This document shows, one piece after another, positions 29,878-39,464 of a stretch of DNA of 39,464 bases. This stretch comes from Minisyncoccia bacterium. GTDB taxonomy: Bacteria; Patescibacteriota; Minisyncoccia; Phycocordibacterales; CAJQIN01. The notes beneath the pieces are model-generated. The model was not told where the DNA came from, made no database searches, and saw only the letters and a program-made list of their open reading frames with translations. Numbering within the stretch: position 1 is the first letter of the stretch; the number at the start of each line of letters is the position of its first letter. The position numbers were made by a program, and so were the translations under genes. The stretch is from positions 1 to 39,464 of the forward strand of contig JBGSXG010000048.1 in NCBI GenBank assembly GCA_041751485.1, given 5' to 3'.

Positions 29878-31085
29878 TTGAACTATTGCCATTCTTTCTC
29901 ATATTGTTTGTTGGTGTATTTTTTGCTGAGGTTTTTGCACGCTTGCATTTGCCATGGGTAGTCGCCCTGATTGTCGGAGGTATTGTCATTGGTCCATTTG
30001 GTTTCGGACTTTTTGAACCTAGTCAGACTATGGAGTTTTTGGGACAGCTTGGTTTGGTGTTCTTGATGTTTATGGCTGGTCTTGAAACACGCTTTTCAAG
30101 TTTTAAAGAAATTGAACGTACGGCTTTTCCTCTAGTCTTACTTAACGGTGGAGTACCAGCACTTGTGGGTGTTGGCATCGCGCTTTTATTTGGATATGGT
30201 TGGGTTGGTGCATTGTTGTTAGGGCTTATTTTCATGTCATCTTCTGTTTCAGTTGTAGTTCCTTCTCTACAATCACGAGGATTATTGTCGAGCCGAGTTG
30301 GGCACACTATCGTAACTACAGCTATTATCGAAGATGTTGCTAGTTTGGTGCTTCTTTCAATACTTTTGAATAAGGCGGATCCGGTAACATCACTTCCTCT
30401 GCCACTCTTTTACCTACTTGCTGTTCTTTGTTTGGTGGTTTTGCGATTCTTGGTTCCGAAGATTCGCTTTTTCTTTGCGCATACCGGCGATCAGGAGGTT
30501 AAAGATGTTTTTCAACAAGAGCTCCGTTCAGTGTTTGTTATTCTTATCGGTATCGTTATCATCTTTGAACTCTTAGGGTTACATCCTATTATTGCCGGCT
30601 TCTTTGCTGGATTTATTCTTTCCGATACTGTAAACAGTCGGTTGCTGAAAGATCGTTTGCAGGCCATTAGCTACGGAGTCTTTATTCCCATTTTCTTTAT
30701 TTTAATTGGTGCGCGTACAGACATTACTATACTATTTGCCTTCTCGGCTATCGCTCTTTTGGCAGTTACTATTTCAGTTGGATTTATCTTTTCAAAACTT
30801 ATTTCTGGATATGTTGGTGCTCGTTTGGAGAAATTTACAAAACCCCAATCTTTATTGGTGGGCGTTTCTACTATTCCGCAACTTTCAACCACTTTGGCGG
30901 TGGCTTTCTCTGGAGTACAGTTCGGGCTGATTGATCAGGATTTGGCATCAGCAATTGTGATACTTTCGGTTGTTTCAACCCTGGTGACCCCTCTTTTGAT
31001 CAATTGGGCGGCACGTAAGGTTAATGAAGATGATCTCAAGAATGTGGTACAATTTAGTCAGCCCGAAATAGAACATAAATTATAA
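29874..31085 (+). CDS. cation:proton antiporter (CPA2, Na+/H+ or K+/H+ exchanger family)
   Basis: 403 aa with ~12 TM helices. LGLVFLMFMAGLE and the FFILIGARTD-type motifs are present. ATGA overlap with the upstream gene. Confidence 0.85.
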   Translation: MIELLPFFLILFVGVFFAEVFARLHLPWVVALIVGGIVIGPFGFGLFEPSQTMEFLGQLGLVFLMFMAGLETRFSSFKEIERTAFPLVLLNGGVPALVGVGIALLFGYGWVGALLLGLIFMSSSVSVVVPSLQSRGLLSSRVGHTIVTTAIIEDVASLVLLSILLNKADPVTSLPLPLFYLLAVLCLVVLRFLVPKIRFFFAHTGDQEVKDVFQQELRSVFVILIGIVIIFELLGLHPIIAGFFAGFILSDTVNSRLLKDRLQAISYGVFIPIFFILIGARTDITILFAFSAIALLAVTISVGFIFSKLISGYVGARLEKFTKPQSLLVGVSTIPQLSTTLAVAFSGVQFGLIDQDLASAIVILSVVSTLVTPLLINWAARKVNEDDLKNVVQFSQPEIEHKL

Positions 31086-31090
31086 AAAAT

Positions 31091-31378
31091 ATGGACACAT
31101 TGATGAAGGCAGATATATTTTTCTTCATAACCAGCGTAGTGGTAATACTTTTGGCAATCCTTGTTGCTGTAATGTTGGTATATATTGTTCGAATTTTGAG
31201 AGATGTAAAACACATTTCTTCCAGGGTTCGGGAGGAAGGGGATAAAATAATAGAAGATGTTGATGAACTTCGGCAAGATCTTTCCCGAGAGGGAGCGAAA
31301 TTTACTGGAGTAGTATCAGTATTTAGTGGTTTTTTATCAAAACAGGCAAAGAAATTAAAAGTTAAAAAAACAAAATAA
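31091..31378 (+). CDS. small membrane-anchored coiled-coil protein (DUF948-like)
   Basis: N-terminal TM helix followed by a charged helical region. Confidence 0.4.
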   Translation: MDTLMKADIFFFITSVVVILLAILVAVMLVYIVRILRDVKHISSRVREEGDKIIEDVDELRQDLSREGAKFTGVVSVFSGFLSKQAKKLKVKKTK

Positions 31379-31382
31379 TAAT

Positions 31383-31772
31383 ATGGCTAAGAAAAAATCA
31401 AATCACACAGGTACAAAAGTAGCTCTAGGTATTGGTGCTGGACTTGCTGTTGCAGCTGCTGCTGGAACAGCTTGGTTGTACGGCACAGAGAAAGGAAGAA
31501 AGACAAAAAAGAAACTATCTTCTTGGATGCTTAAAGCAAAAGGTGAGGTGTTGGAGAAGATTGAAAAGATGGGTGATGTAACGGAGGAGAAGTATCATGC
31601 AGCTGTTGGGCAGGTAATGAGCAAATACAAGAAGATGAAGAATATTTCTGCTAGCGAGGTTGCTGTATTAGAAGCAGATTTGAAAAAGCATTGGAAGAAT
31701 ATTCATAGTATGGTTTCTCCTAAGAAAAAGGCGAGTGTTAGAAAGCGACCAAGAACTGCTAAGAAGAAATAG
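31383..31772 (+). CDS. YtxH-like protein
   Basis: KVALGIGAGLAVAAAAGTAWLYGTEKGRKTKKKL (Gly/Ala anchor followed by a basic helix). Confidence 0.5.
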   Translation: MAKKKSNHTGTKVALGIGAGLAVAAAAGTAWLYGTEKGRKTKKKLSSWMLKAKGEVLEKIEKMGDVTEEKYHAAVGQVMSKYKKMKNISASEVAVLEADLKKHWKNIHSMVSPKKKASVRKRPRTAKKK

Positions 31773-31774
31773 AT

Positions 31775-31809
31775 AAATTAGAAGTTAGAATATAGAAGAT
31801 ATAAAAAAC
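31775..31809. repeat. phased heptamer array aaattag|aagttag|aatatag|aagatat|aaaaaac
   Basis: Read directly from the sequence. Confidence 0.7.
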
Positions 31810-31834
31810 TGAAGCGCTTGCGCTTTAGTTTTTT
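31803..31834. terminator. bidirectional terminator A6-CTGAAGCG-CTTG-CGCTTTAG-T6
   Basis: Located between the convergent ytxH-like (+) and MFS (-) genes. Confidence 0.6.
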
Positions 31835-33020
31835 ATTTTGTATCTGCTATTCGGAGTGAGAATAGGATACCCAGAAACATTAGAAGGCCTGTTGCTATAA
31901 ATAAATGTTCAAAGGTTCCAAAGATTAGTATCGGTGTGGCTAGTAATGGCCCGATAATATAGGCCACTGGTTCGGTGCCTCGGAAAACGCTTATGATGTT
32001 GCTGTTGTTTTGATTAACATGTTTGAAAAAATAACTCTCTGTCATAATCTCCACAAGGCTTGCTCCAACACGGGTAACAAAAAGGGTGGCGGCTAGAAAG
32101 AAAAAGATTGGTGTTTGGATCAAGGCAAAGATAATTGTTGAGAAACCAATAATTATAAAGCCGATGACCATTAGTTCTTGTTCGCCAAATCGCGTGTCCG
32201 CAAGATAGCCTGCCGGTATTTGGAATAGCAAGAATGGTAAAAGCATAATGGTTAGCATTAAGCCGATTATCTGCCAGGTAAATCCTAGAACAGTGTATAG
32301 ATATACTGGTGTGTAGATAACCATAACAGCATAGAATAGTTGTAAAAGAATACGAGTCCATAAGACGTTTCTTAAGTCTTTGTTTTGTTTGAATGTCTGG
32401 ATGGCATGAGACATACCATCATGGGCCACGATTTCTACAGAATCTTTCCTTAGGTATCTAGCAGTAATCAAGAGGGTCGGTATTATGAAGAAAGATGAGA
32501 ATAGGTATACTCGTGTGTAATTTTCTGTTTCTCCAAGCAAGAAGCCAGCAATTGTAGGTGAGATGATTAAGGCTGTGTTTGAAAGAGACAAATACAGACT
32601 TCGGATTCTGCCAGTCTTTTCTTCTATGCGAGAAGCGTTTTCAAGAAATAGATCGAAGAAGTAGACTAAGCTAACCAAAACACCTCTGTATAGTACGAAG
32701 CTAATCAAGACAATTGGCGGGATAGATACAAAAGACAACAGTAGGACCATAATCAGTTCTAGCACGAGTAGAAACAGGGTTATGCTGTACGCGCCGAAAC
32801 GTCGTATAGCTGTTGGAGCGTAAAACAGTATGAGCAGGGTTAGTATTGAGCCGGCACTAAACAAAAGCCCGACATATCGAGCTTGAATAAACTGCTCGAT
32901 AAAGGTCGAGTTAATGTAGAAAATTACATAGGCGTGAAATGACAGCAGTATGAAAGATACAAATACTGCTAACAAACTACTGGTGTATGTTCGAGGTGTT
33001 TCTGGTCGATCTTGTATCAT
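31833..33020 (-). CDS. MFS transporter
   Basis: 395 aa with ~12 TM helices and a central loop. The protein is generically MFS-like. Confidence 0.7.
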   Translation of the reverse strand: MIQDRPETPRTYTSSLLAVFVSFILLSFHAYVIFYINSTFIEQFIQARYVGLLFSAGSILTLLILFYAPTAIRRFGAYSITLFLLVLELIMVLLLSFVSIPPIVLISFVLYRGVLVSLVYFFDLFLENASRIEEKTGRIRSLYLSLSNTALIISPTIAGFLLGETENYTRVYLFSSFFIIPTLLITARYLRKDSVEIVAHDGMSHAIQTFKQNKDLRNVLWTRILLQLFYAVMVIYTPVYLYTVLGFTWQIIGLMLTIMLLPFLLFQIPAGYLADTRFGEQELMVIGFIIIGFSTIIFALIQTPIFFFLAATLFVTRVGASLVEIMTESYFFKHVNQNNSNIISVFRGTEPVAYIIGPLLATPILIFGTFEHLFIATGLLMFLGILFSLRIADTK

Positions 33021-33026
33021 GATTCG

Positions 33027-34931
33027 TTATACTCCAAGTATAACAGGAATGATGATTGGTTTCTTTGAGGTCTTTTGAACAAGGAACTTCGTGATGTCTT
33101 TTGTTACGCGTTCTTTTACGTAGTCGAAGTTGATAGGGTTCATACCTTTTGTAGATGTTTCTACACTTCTTTTTATAACAAGACGTGCTTGTCCTAGCAG
33201 TTCCTGGGATTCTCTTAAGTAGACAAATCCACGAGAGATAATGTCTGGACTCTTTTTTAGCTTACCAGTTTTAGTGTTGATGCTAGCAATGATTACGAAC
33301 ATACCATCTGCAGAAAGCATTTTTCTGTCTCGGATAACCACGTCTTGCATATCACCAACAGTGGTTCCTTCAACCATCATTTCTTCATAAGGAGCACGTT
33401 CTTTCCGTACAGATATTTTCTGCTTATCGGGTGCAATTTCTATGATAGAGCCGTTTTCAGGAACGACAATATTTTCGTCAGGCACACCAAGCTGGCGAAC
33501 CATTTCGGCATGCATCTTTAGCATATAGTGGTATCCGTGTACTGGCATAAAGAATTTGTAAGGAATTTGTCCGTGGATCCACTTCAACTCATCACGACGA
33601 CCGTGACCAGAAACGTGAACGTCTGAATCAAGGTAGGTAATGATGTGTGCGTTGTGTCGGTATAGGTTGTCTTTAAGTTTGGTTACAGCCCTTTCATTTC
33701 CAGGAATAACGGATGAAGACAGAATGATAGTATCTTGGTTGGTTAGCTTTATGTGTTTGTGGGTATTGTTAGACATACGCATCAATGCGGCAAATTCTTC
33801 GCCTTGAGCACCTGTAGCCAGAACCATAATCTTATGAGGAGGATGATTTCGCATCTCTTCAATCGGGATGACATGATCCAGCTCAACTAGATTTAGGTGC
33901 CGAACGATTTCCATATTTGTTTTCATGCTTCGTCCCTCAAATACCATTTTTCGTCCGTATTTTTTGGCGATTTTGATGAACTCAATGATTCGCTCTACTT
34001 GAGAGGCAAAAGTGGCTATCGTTAGACGTCCTTTGGTTGATCCGATAATCCGGTCGATATTGGCTATAACATCGTCTTCAGAAATATTCCATCCTGGTCT
34101 ATCGATATTGGTCGAGTCCATAGTAAGCAGAAGAACATTTCTATCTTTGAAAAATTCGTATTGCTTCACTTCAGCTTCCACTGGAACTCCATTCTTGTTT
34201 TCAACACGAACGTCTCCGGTATTAACGATGTCCCCAAGTGGTGTTTCGATGATAATACCGGTTGAATCGGGGATAGCGTGTGTTAGTCCAAAGAAACGAA
34301 CTTTTAGGTGTTCGGTTATGGGGATGGCCCCACCTTCTTTATCAACAACTTTTAGGTTGAGTTTTGGTAGATGGGGATGCTCCTCTTGACGCTTTTGAAT
34401 TAGGATAGAACCAAATTCTCGAGTGTAAATAGGAGGATTACCAAGTTTGTCTATAAGGTAGGGAATGCTTCCTATGTGGTCTAAGTGTCCGTGTGTGATT
34501 ACTATGGCTTTTATCCTGTCTTTCCGCTCCTCAAGATATTTTATATTCGGCAAGATGTAGTCAACACCCGGTGTGTCTTCGTCTGTGAACTGTATTCCAC
34601 AATCAATTACGATGATGTCTCCCTTGTATTCAACTACTGTCATATTTCGGCCGATCTCTTCTACTCCTGAAATAGGAATAATACGAAGGTTTTCTCCTGC
34701 GGGCGGAATAACAACATGTTGTTGTCGTTTGCGTGGACTTCTGTTGTTATCGCTGGATCCGTTTCTAGGACGGTGTCTGTTTCCAGATCTCCTATTGCCA
34801 CTGTTGTTATTACCGGTGTTTCTTGAGTCGTTATTATTTCGTCTGTTTCGAGACGGTGGTCGGCGTTTTGCAGGCGCTGTTGCATCTGCACTCCACGCAC
34901 GCATGCGTGGTTGTGAATCTGTTTTTTCCAT
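33027..34931 (-). CDS. rnj: ribonuclease J with ~75-aa N-terminal Arg/Asn/Ser-rich extension
   Basis: ITHGHLDHIG metallo-beta-lactamase motif, beta-CASP layout, and a C-terminal domain. The core is ~555 aa. Confidence 0.9.
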   Translation of the reverse strand: MEKTDSQPRMRAWSADATAPAKRRPPSRNRRNNNDSRNTGNNNSGNRRSGNRHRPRNGSSDNNRSPRKRQQHVVIPPAGENLRIIPISGVEEIGRNMTVVEYKGDIIVIDCGIQFTDEDTPGVDYILPNIKYLEERKDRIKAIVITHGHLDHIGSIPYLIDKLGNPPIYTREFGSILIQKRQEEHPHLPKLNLKVVDKEGGAIPITEHLKVRFFGLTHAIPDSTGIIIETPLGDIVNTGDVRVENKNGVPVEAEVKQYEFFKDRNVLLLTMDSTNIDRPGWNISEDDVIANIDRIIGSTKGRLTIATFASQVERIIEFIKIAKKYGRKMVFEGRSMKTNMEIVRHLNLVELDHVIPIEEMRNHPPHKIMVLATGAQGEEFAALMRMSNNTHKHIKLTNQDTIILSSSVIPGNERAVTKLKDNLYRHNAHIITYLDSDVHVSGHGRRDELKWIHGQIPYKFFMPVHGYHYMLKMHAEMVRQLGVPDENIVVPENGSIIEIAPDKQKISVRKERAPYEEMMVEGTTVGDMQDVVIRDRKMLSADGMFVIIASINTKTGKLKKSPDIISRGFVYLRESQELLGQARLVIKRSVETSTKGMNPINFDYVKERVTKDITKFLVQKTSKKPIIIPVILGV

Positions 34932-34967
34932 TACTATGAGTTAATTTCTAATTGATTACTAATATTT

Positions 34968-36692
34968 TTAGTCGACAAAAATTTTCCACACTTTTTCTGT
35001 TTCTATGTACCATTCGTGAACGTTGTTAAACCTGTCTGAAGATACAACCATGTTGTCTATGGCAACATTTTGTACTTTATTAGGAATGATGTACGTGAAA
35101 TAAGGTGAATAGATAAACACAGCTGGGATATCGGTCTCGATTTCTTGTATGAATGAGGAGAAGAGTTCTTGTCTCTGTGTAGTATCGCTTATTACTCTAG
35201 CATTCTCAACTAATTTGTCTACTGTGATGTTTGTGTATTGTGCGATATTTAGCCCGGGATCGTTTCGTCCTGATGAGTGCCAAAAAGGATATAGATGTGT
35301 GTTTCTACCAAGGACTATTCCAAATAGAAGCGTTTGGTAGTCTCGTGGACGGATGACGTTTTGGTTGAGGTCGTTGGTATTGAAGATCTGCAATGTTACA
35401 TCTGCATTCAAAGCTTCCCATTGTTTTTCAATTAGTTCGGCTGTTTGAATAAGCTCTGGATTATTTGCTGTTGAAATAGAAAAAGATAATCTTTCGATAC
35501 CTTCGTCGGTTTCTCGTTCGTATATTCCAGTTCCCTCATTGATTTCCCAGTTGGCATTTTCTAAACGGCCTCTGGCTGTATCTATAGAATAGTTTGATAT
35601 TTCTTTAGAGAAAGAAGGGATGGCGGTATCTATTGCTTTAGCAAAATCTCCAAAGACTTCTTGCACGATAGCTTGTCTGTCTAGGGATTCTGATAGAGCT
35701 AGACGCACTTCATTGTTTAATAGGGCAGGACTTTCGTTTTGGTTGAAGAAAACACCAAAAACTCTTGGGAGCAGGGTCTTATAAACAGTGTTTCCTTCTT
35801 TCGAAGAAATGTTGTTGTATTCTCGCAAAGAGAATCCATGCACAGTGTCGATGTTATTTTTATTGAAAGATTCGATGAGTTGTTCGTTGTCTTGGTATAG
35901 TCGGACAATGATGCGGTCAATATAGACTTCTCCAAGCGCATAGTTAGCAAAAGGAGAAAGCTCGTAGTGTACGGGTAGTCCGCCAGAATTGTATCGAACA
36001 GAACGGACTCGATATGGTCCAGCGCCGACTGGGTCAACGTTAAATCTACTGAATTGGAATTGGTCGACACTGATACCTTGCCAGATATGTTTTGGCAGGA
36101 TGCCAAGGGTAGTGTTTTCTATGAAAGGTTCAAAGGGCTCTGAAAGGGTAAATTGGATGTCCCTGTCAGAAAGAATGACAACACTAACACCTTCCCAGTG
36201 TGCCCGTTTGGGGCTTCTAAGTAACGTGTCTTGAGCCATTTGGATAGTGAAAGCCACATCTTCTGTAGTTAGGGGTTCTCCGTCGTGGAATACAAGATTG
36301 TCTTTGAGTCTGAATGTGTAGGTTTTTCCGTCTTCTGAGATCGTGTAGGATTCTGCCAAGGTTTCTTTATATGTGCCGTCTGGCATAGCTCTGGTTAGTC
36401 CGGCATAAACTAGGGCCGTCATATCTTGATCAGCATCAGAAATTGCTAAAATTGGATTTATAAAACGTGGTGTTCCAACAATACCTTCGCGCAAAATACC
36501 TCCACGAGAAGGTACCTCGACTTGAAGATTTTGGTTGACCGAAAAGATAAGAAGAGATGCAGAAACAAGACAAACTACTAATGCCAGAAAGAAAATAACT
36601 TTTTCTGTAATTGGAAATCGTCTAACGGCATTCCCGATTTTTTGTATTATTTCAATATGAAATGGACGTGTGAGAAAATATAAAAATTTCAC
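34968..36692 (-). CDS. family-5 solute-binding protein (peptide/nickel SBP fold), membrane-anchored, no cognate permease nearby
   Basis: GTG start and an N-terminal TM helix. ...GIVGTPRFINPILA...YAGLTR...YTFRLKDNLVFHDGEPLTTEDV... is typical of SBP_bac_5. Confidence 0.8.
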   Translation of the reverse strand: MKFLYFLTRPFHIEIIQKIGNAVRRFPITEKVIFFLALVVCLVSASLLIFSVNQNLQVEVPSRGGILREGIVGTPRFINPILAISDADQDMTALVYAGLTRAMPDGTYKETLAESYTISEDGKTYTFRLKDNLVFHDGEPLTTEDVAFTIQMAQDTLLRSPKRAHWEGVSVVILSDRDIQFTLSEPFEPFIENTTLGILPKHIWQGISVDQFQFSRFNVDPVGAGPYRVRSVRYNSGGLPVHYELSPFANYALGEVYIDRIIVRLYQDNEQLIESFNKNNIDTVHGFSLREYNNISSKEGNTVYKTLLPRVFGVFFNQNESPALLNNEVRLALSESLDRQAIVQEVFGDFAKAIDTAIPSFSKEISNYSIDTARGRLENANWEINEGTGIYERETDEGIERLSFSISTANNPELIQTAELIEKQWEALNADVTLQIFNTNDLNQNVIRPRDYQTLLFGIVLGRNTHLYPFWHSSGRNDPGLNIAQYTNITVDKLVENARVISDTTQRQELFSSFIQEIETDIPAVFIYSPYFTYIIPNKVQNVAIDNMVVSSDRFNNVHEWYIETEKVWKIFVD

Positions 36693-36719
36693 GATACGTT
36701 GTGTGTGGGTGTTTGGTCG

Positions 36720-36941
36720 CTATAGAAGCAAAGCGGCAACTGCAGAGAGTGCGAATAGAGTGGCAAGAGCAATAGTTGCTCGAAAGAGCATTTTTTCACC
36801 CCCGCGACGTGTGTGATGTACTGAACCGCCCATATCGCCACCACCCAAAGCACCTCCAAGACCCGCTTCAGAGCGCTGAAGCAAGATAGTAATAATAAGA
36901 AGGACAGAAAGAATTATCTGAACTATAGAAATAATTGGCAT
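36720..36941 (-). CDS. secG: preprotein translocase subunit SecG
   Basis: MPIISIVQIILSVLLIITILLQRSEAGLGGALGGG... Start ATG 36941 is preceded by TGCTATAAT plus 7 nt. Confidence 0.8.
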   Translation of the reverse strand: MPIISIVQIILSVLLIITILLQRSEAGLGGALGGGDMGGSVHHTRRGGEKMLFRATIALATLFALSAVAALLL

Positions 36942-36993
36942 AAGAGTGATTATAGCAGGTGTTATTTTTATGGCAACAGATGGAATAGGCACT

Positions 36994-37100
36994 GGAGATT
37001 AGACGTTAGAGATTGGAGATTAGAGAATCCCCCGAAGCCAAGGGCTTCGGGGGATTCAAGAAAGAAGCTAACACCTAAAAGCCAAAAGCTCGTCCCTCTC
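36994..37100 (-). repeat. composite dispersed repeat (reverse-complement copy of 9351-9422): heptamers ggagatt|agacgtt|agagatt|ggagatt|agagaat + hairpin 37025-37057 + flank aagctaacacctaaaagccaaaagctcgtc
   Basis: The reverse complement of 37065-37094 is gacgagcttttggcttttaggtgttagctt. This matches 9355-9391 apart from a 7-nt insertion in the latter. Confidence 0.8.
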
Positions 37101-37102
37101 TC

Positions 37103-37130
37103 TTGATTTATGCTGGTATTTCCTTATAAT
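37103..37130 (+). promoter_or_regulatory. groES promoter candidate TTGATT-N16-TATAAT
   Basis: Hexamers read from the sequence, about 30 nt upstream of ATG 37160. No CIRCE inverted repeat is present. Confidence 0.45.
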
Positions 37131-37159
37131 TGGGCACACATTAGAAAGTAACTATACAT

Positions 37160-37477
37160 ATGTATATGGTACAGAAGGCAAAAAAAGCTATTTCAATTAT
37201 CCCGTTAGGAAACAGAGTTCTGGTTGAGCCTGTTAGTCCTGAAGAAAAAACAGCATCCGGAATTATTTTGCCAGATACGATTGATAAGGATAAGCCGGAG
37301 CAAGGTAAAGTTATTTCTGTTGGTGAAGGGAAATTTGATGATGGGGCTCGGGTGCCAATGACGGTTAAAAAGGGTGATACTGTTGTTTTTTCAAAGTATG
37401 GTTATGACGAAGTTAAGATTGATGGAACAGAATATTATATTATCGAAGAGGATAAAATCCTAGCAATCATAAATTAA
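37160..37477 (+). CDS. groES: co-chaperonin GroES
   Basis: IIPLGNRVLVEP...ASGIILPDT...GKVISVGEG...GDTVVFSKYG. ATG 37166 is an alternative start. Confidence 0.9.
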   Translation: MYMVQKAKKAISIIPLGNRVLVEPVSPEEKTASGIILPDTIDKDKPEQGKVISVGEGKFDDGARVPMTVKKGDTVVFSKYGYDEVKIDGTEYYIIEEDKILAIIN

Positions 37478-37502
37478 GGAGCGGAGCGACTATAATTTAT
37501 TT

Positions 37503-37564
37503 GCCCCGTGAATTCTTTGCGGAGCAAAGACAGGATGCGAAGCAGACTGAAATTCACTCGGGGC
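37503..37564 (+). promoter_or_regulatory. structured element in the groES-groEL spacer
   Basis: The outer stem pairs GCCCCGTGAATT with AATTCAC(TC)GGGGC. An inner hairpin CTTTGC-GGA-GCAAAG is present. No T-run follows. Confidence 0.4.
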
Positions 37565-37572
37565 TCTCGAAC

Positions 37573-38730
<1,158 letters not shown>

Positions 38731-38754
38731 CGCATTGCTAAACTAACTTGTGGT

Positions 38755-39267
38755 GTGGCCGTGGTTCGAGTTGGGGCGGCAACTGAGACAGAGATGAAGT
38801 ATTTGAAACTTAAGATTGAGGATGCCGTTAACGCCACAAAGGCTGCTATCGAAGAAGGAGTTGTTGCTGGAGGAGGAAGCTCTTTGGTCCACACGGCTAA
38901 GAAAATTGCTGGAAAGAAGATGGCAAGTGCAGAAGAGCAAATTGGTTATGACATTGTTGTTCGAGCGCTTGAGGCCCCATTGCGACAAATTGCAATAAAT
39001 GCAGGGAAAGAAGATGGAGCTGTGGTTGTTGAAAAAGTCCGAAATGCTGGAGAGAAGTCTGGTTATAACGCTCTTTCTGGTGAGATTATTTCAGATATGC
39101 TTAAAGCTGGAATTATTGATCCGGTTAAAGTCGAGCGAGCGGCGGTTCAAAATGCAGCCTCAGCGGCAGCGATACTTCTGACTACTGAAGCGGCTGTTAC
39201 AGAAGAGCCTAAGGAAGAGAAGGGTGATGCCACTGGAATGGGAGGGGGAATGCCGGGGATGATGTAA
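38755..39267 (+). CDS. groEL: chaperonin GroEL, C-terminal part, same frame as 37633..38730 (homology resumes right after the TAA at 38731; GTG 38755 is only the first possible restart)
   Basis: RIAKLTCGVAVVRVGAATETEMKYLKLKIEDAVNATKAAIEEGVVAGGG...GGGMPGMM, a typical GroEL C-terminus. Confidence 0.85.
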   Translation: MAVVRVGAATETEMKYLKLKIEDAVNATKAAIEEGVVAGGGSSLVHTAKKIAGKKMASAEEQIGYDIVVRALEAPLRQIAINAGKEDGAVVVEKVRNAGEKSGYNALSGEIISDMLKAGIIDPVKVERAAVQNAASAAAILLTTEAAVTEEPKEEKGDATGMGGGMPGMM

Positions 39268-39304
39268 TGATTTTCAACGAGCCCTTGGGCGACTATGAAA
39301 ATCA

Positions 39305-39455
39305 TTATCCCGTTTCACTTTTACTTCGAATTATAAAAAGAGCGCGTGTCCGAATAGGACAACCTTTATGGGTGAAGCGTGCTTTTTTGTATAGTATGCG
39401 TATTTTACTTTAACACCATGCGCGAAGGTATTTCGTAAAAGTGGAACTGGGATAA
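39305..39455. repeat. ~20-bp imperfect inverted repeats enclosing ~110 nt downstream of groEL
   Basis: TTATCCCGTTTCACTTTTAC (39305-39324) pairs with GTAAAAGTGGAACTGGGATAA (39435-39455). That is 7 + 9 perfect pairs around a 4/5-nt mismatch. The window ends 9 nt later. Confidence 0.5.
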
Positions 39456-39464
39456 TGAATAGAA

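Noticed and set aside
37058-37159. CIRCE (TTAGCACTC-N9-GAGTGCTAA) heat-shock operator upstream of groES.
   Set aside because: No match to either half-site. Only a sigma70-like promoter and the dispersed repeat are present.

Overview
This is a 39.5-kb AT-rich, gene-dense bacterial chromosomal segment with about 58 protein genes and one tRNA. I saw no rRNA, CRISPR array, transposase, integrase or phage gene. The backbone is housekeeping: pyrG 3' end, bcp, a truB-like gene, typA/bipA, a DEAD-box helicase, a GIY-YIG protein, tRNA-Gln(CUG), NDH-2, an RRM RNA-binding protein, DUF389 plus a CPA2 antiporter, a secG-SBP-RNase J-MFS operon, and groES-groEL. There are two metal modules. (a) A Zur-like regulator plus a YibE/F membrane protein lie divergent from a His-rich ZIP transporter, around an 18-bp perfect palindrome. 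(b) A tightly coupled 7-gene copper operon runs csoR-DUF305-DUF411-two CxxC membrane ORFans-copB, with a CsoR-type operator on its promoter. Three visibly GC-richer islets carry ORFans or cupins and have their own promoters, SD sites and terminators: 11.2-11.9 kb next to tRNA-Gln, 14.5-15.9 kb, and 16.9-17.75 kb. The general style (short genes, membrane-anchored ORFans, SD-less or leaderless starts, low-complexity tails on RNA-metabolism enzymes) would fit a small-genome lineage such as Patescibacteria/CPR, but that is inference only. The most unusual observations are these. (1) Nearly all intergenic spacers resolve into phased degenerate 7-nt 'stop-word' tandem arrays, some sharing longer identical blocks. 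(2) groEL is interrupted by one in-frame TAA at a conserved Glu codon. (3) Two dispersed repeat families exist: a GC hairpin with heptamer flanks found even in divergent promoter regions, and a GGGTAATAC palindrome family that includes a 32-bp perfect direct repeat bracketing two cupin genes. (4) Two uncharacterised CxxC membrane proteins sit inside the Cu operon. (5) The YibE/F protein has a zinc-regulon context. (6) An M14 peptidase is paired with a catalytically dead paralog. (7) There is an eRF1-like (Host_attach/baeRF-like) ORF. No database search was possible, so all family calls rest on motifs read from the translations.
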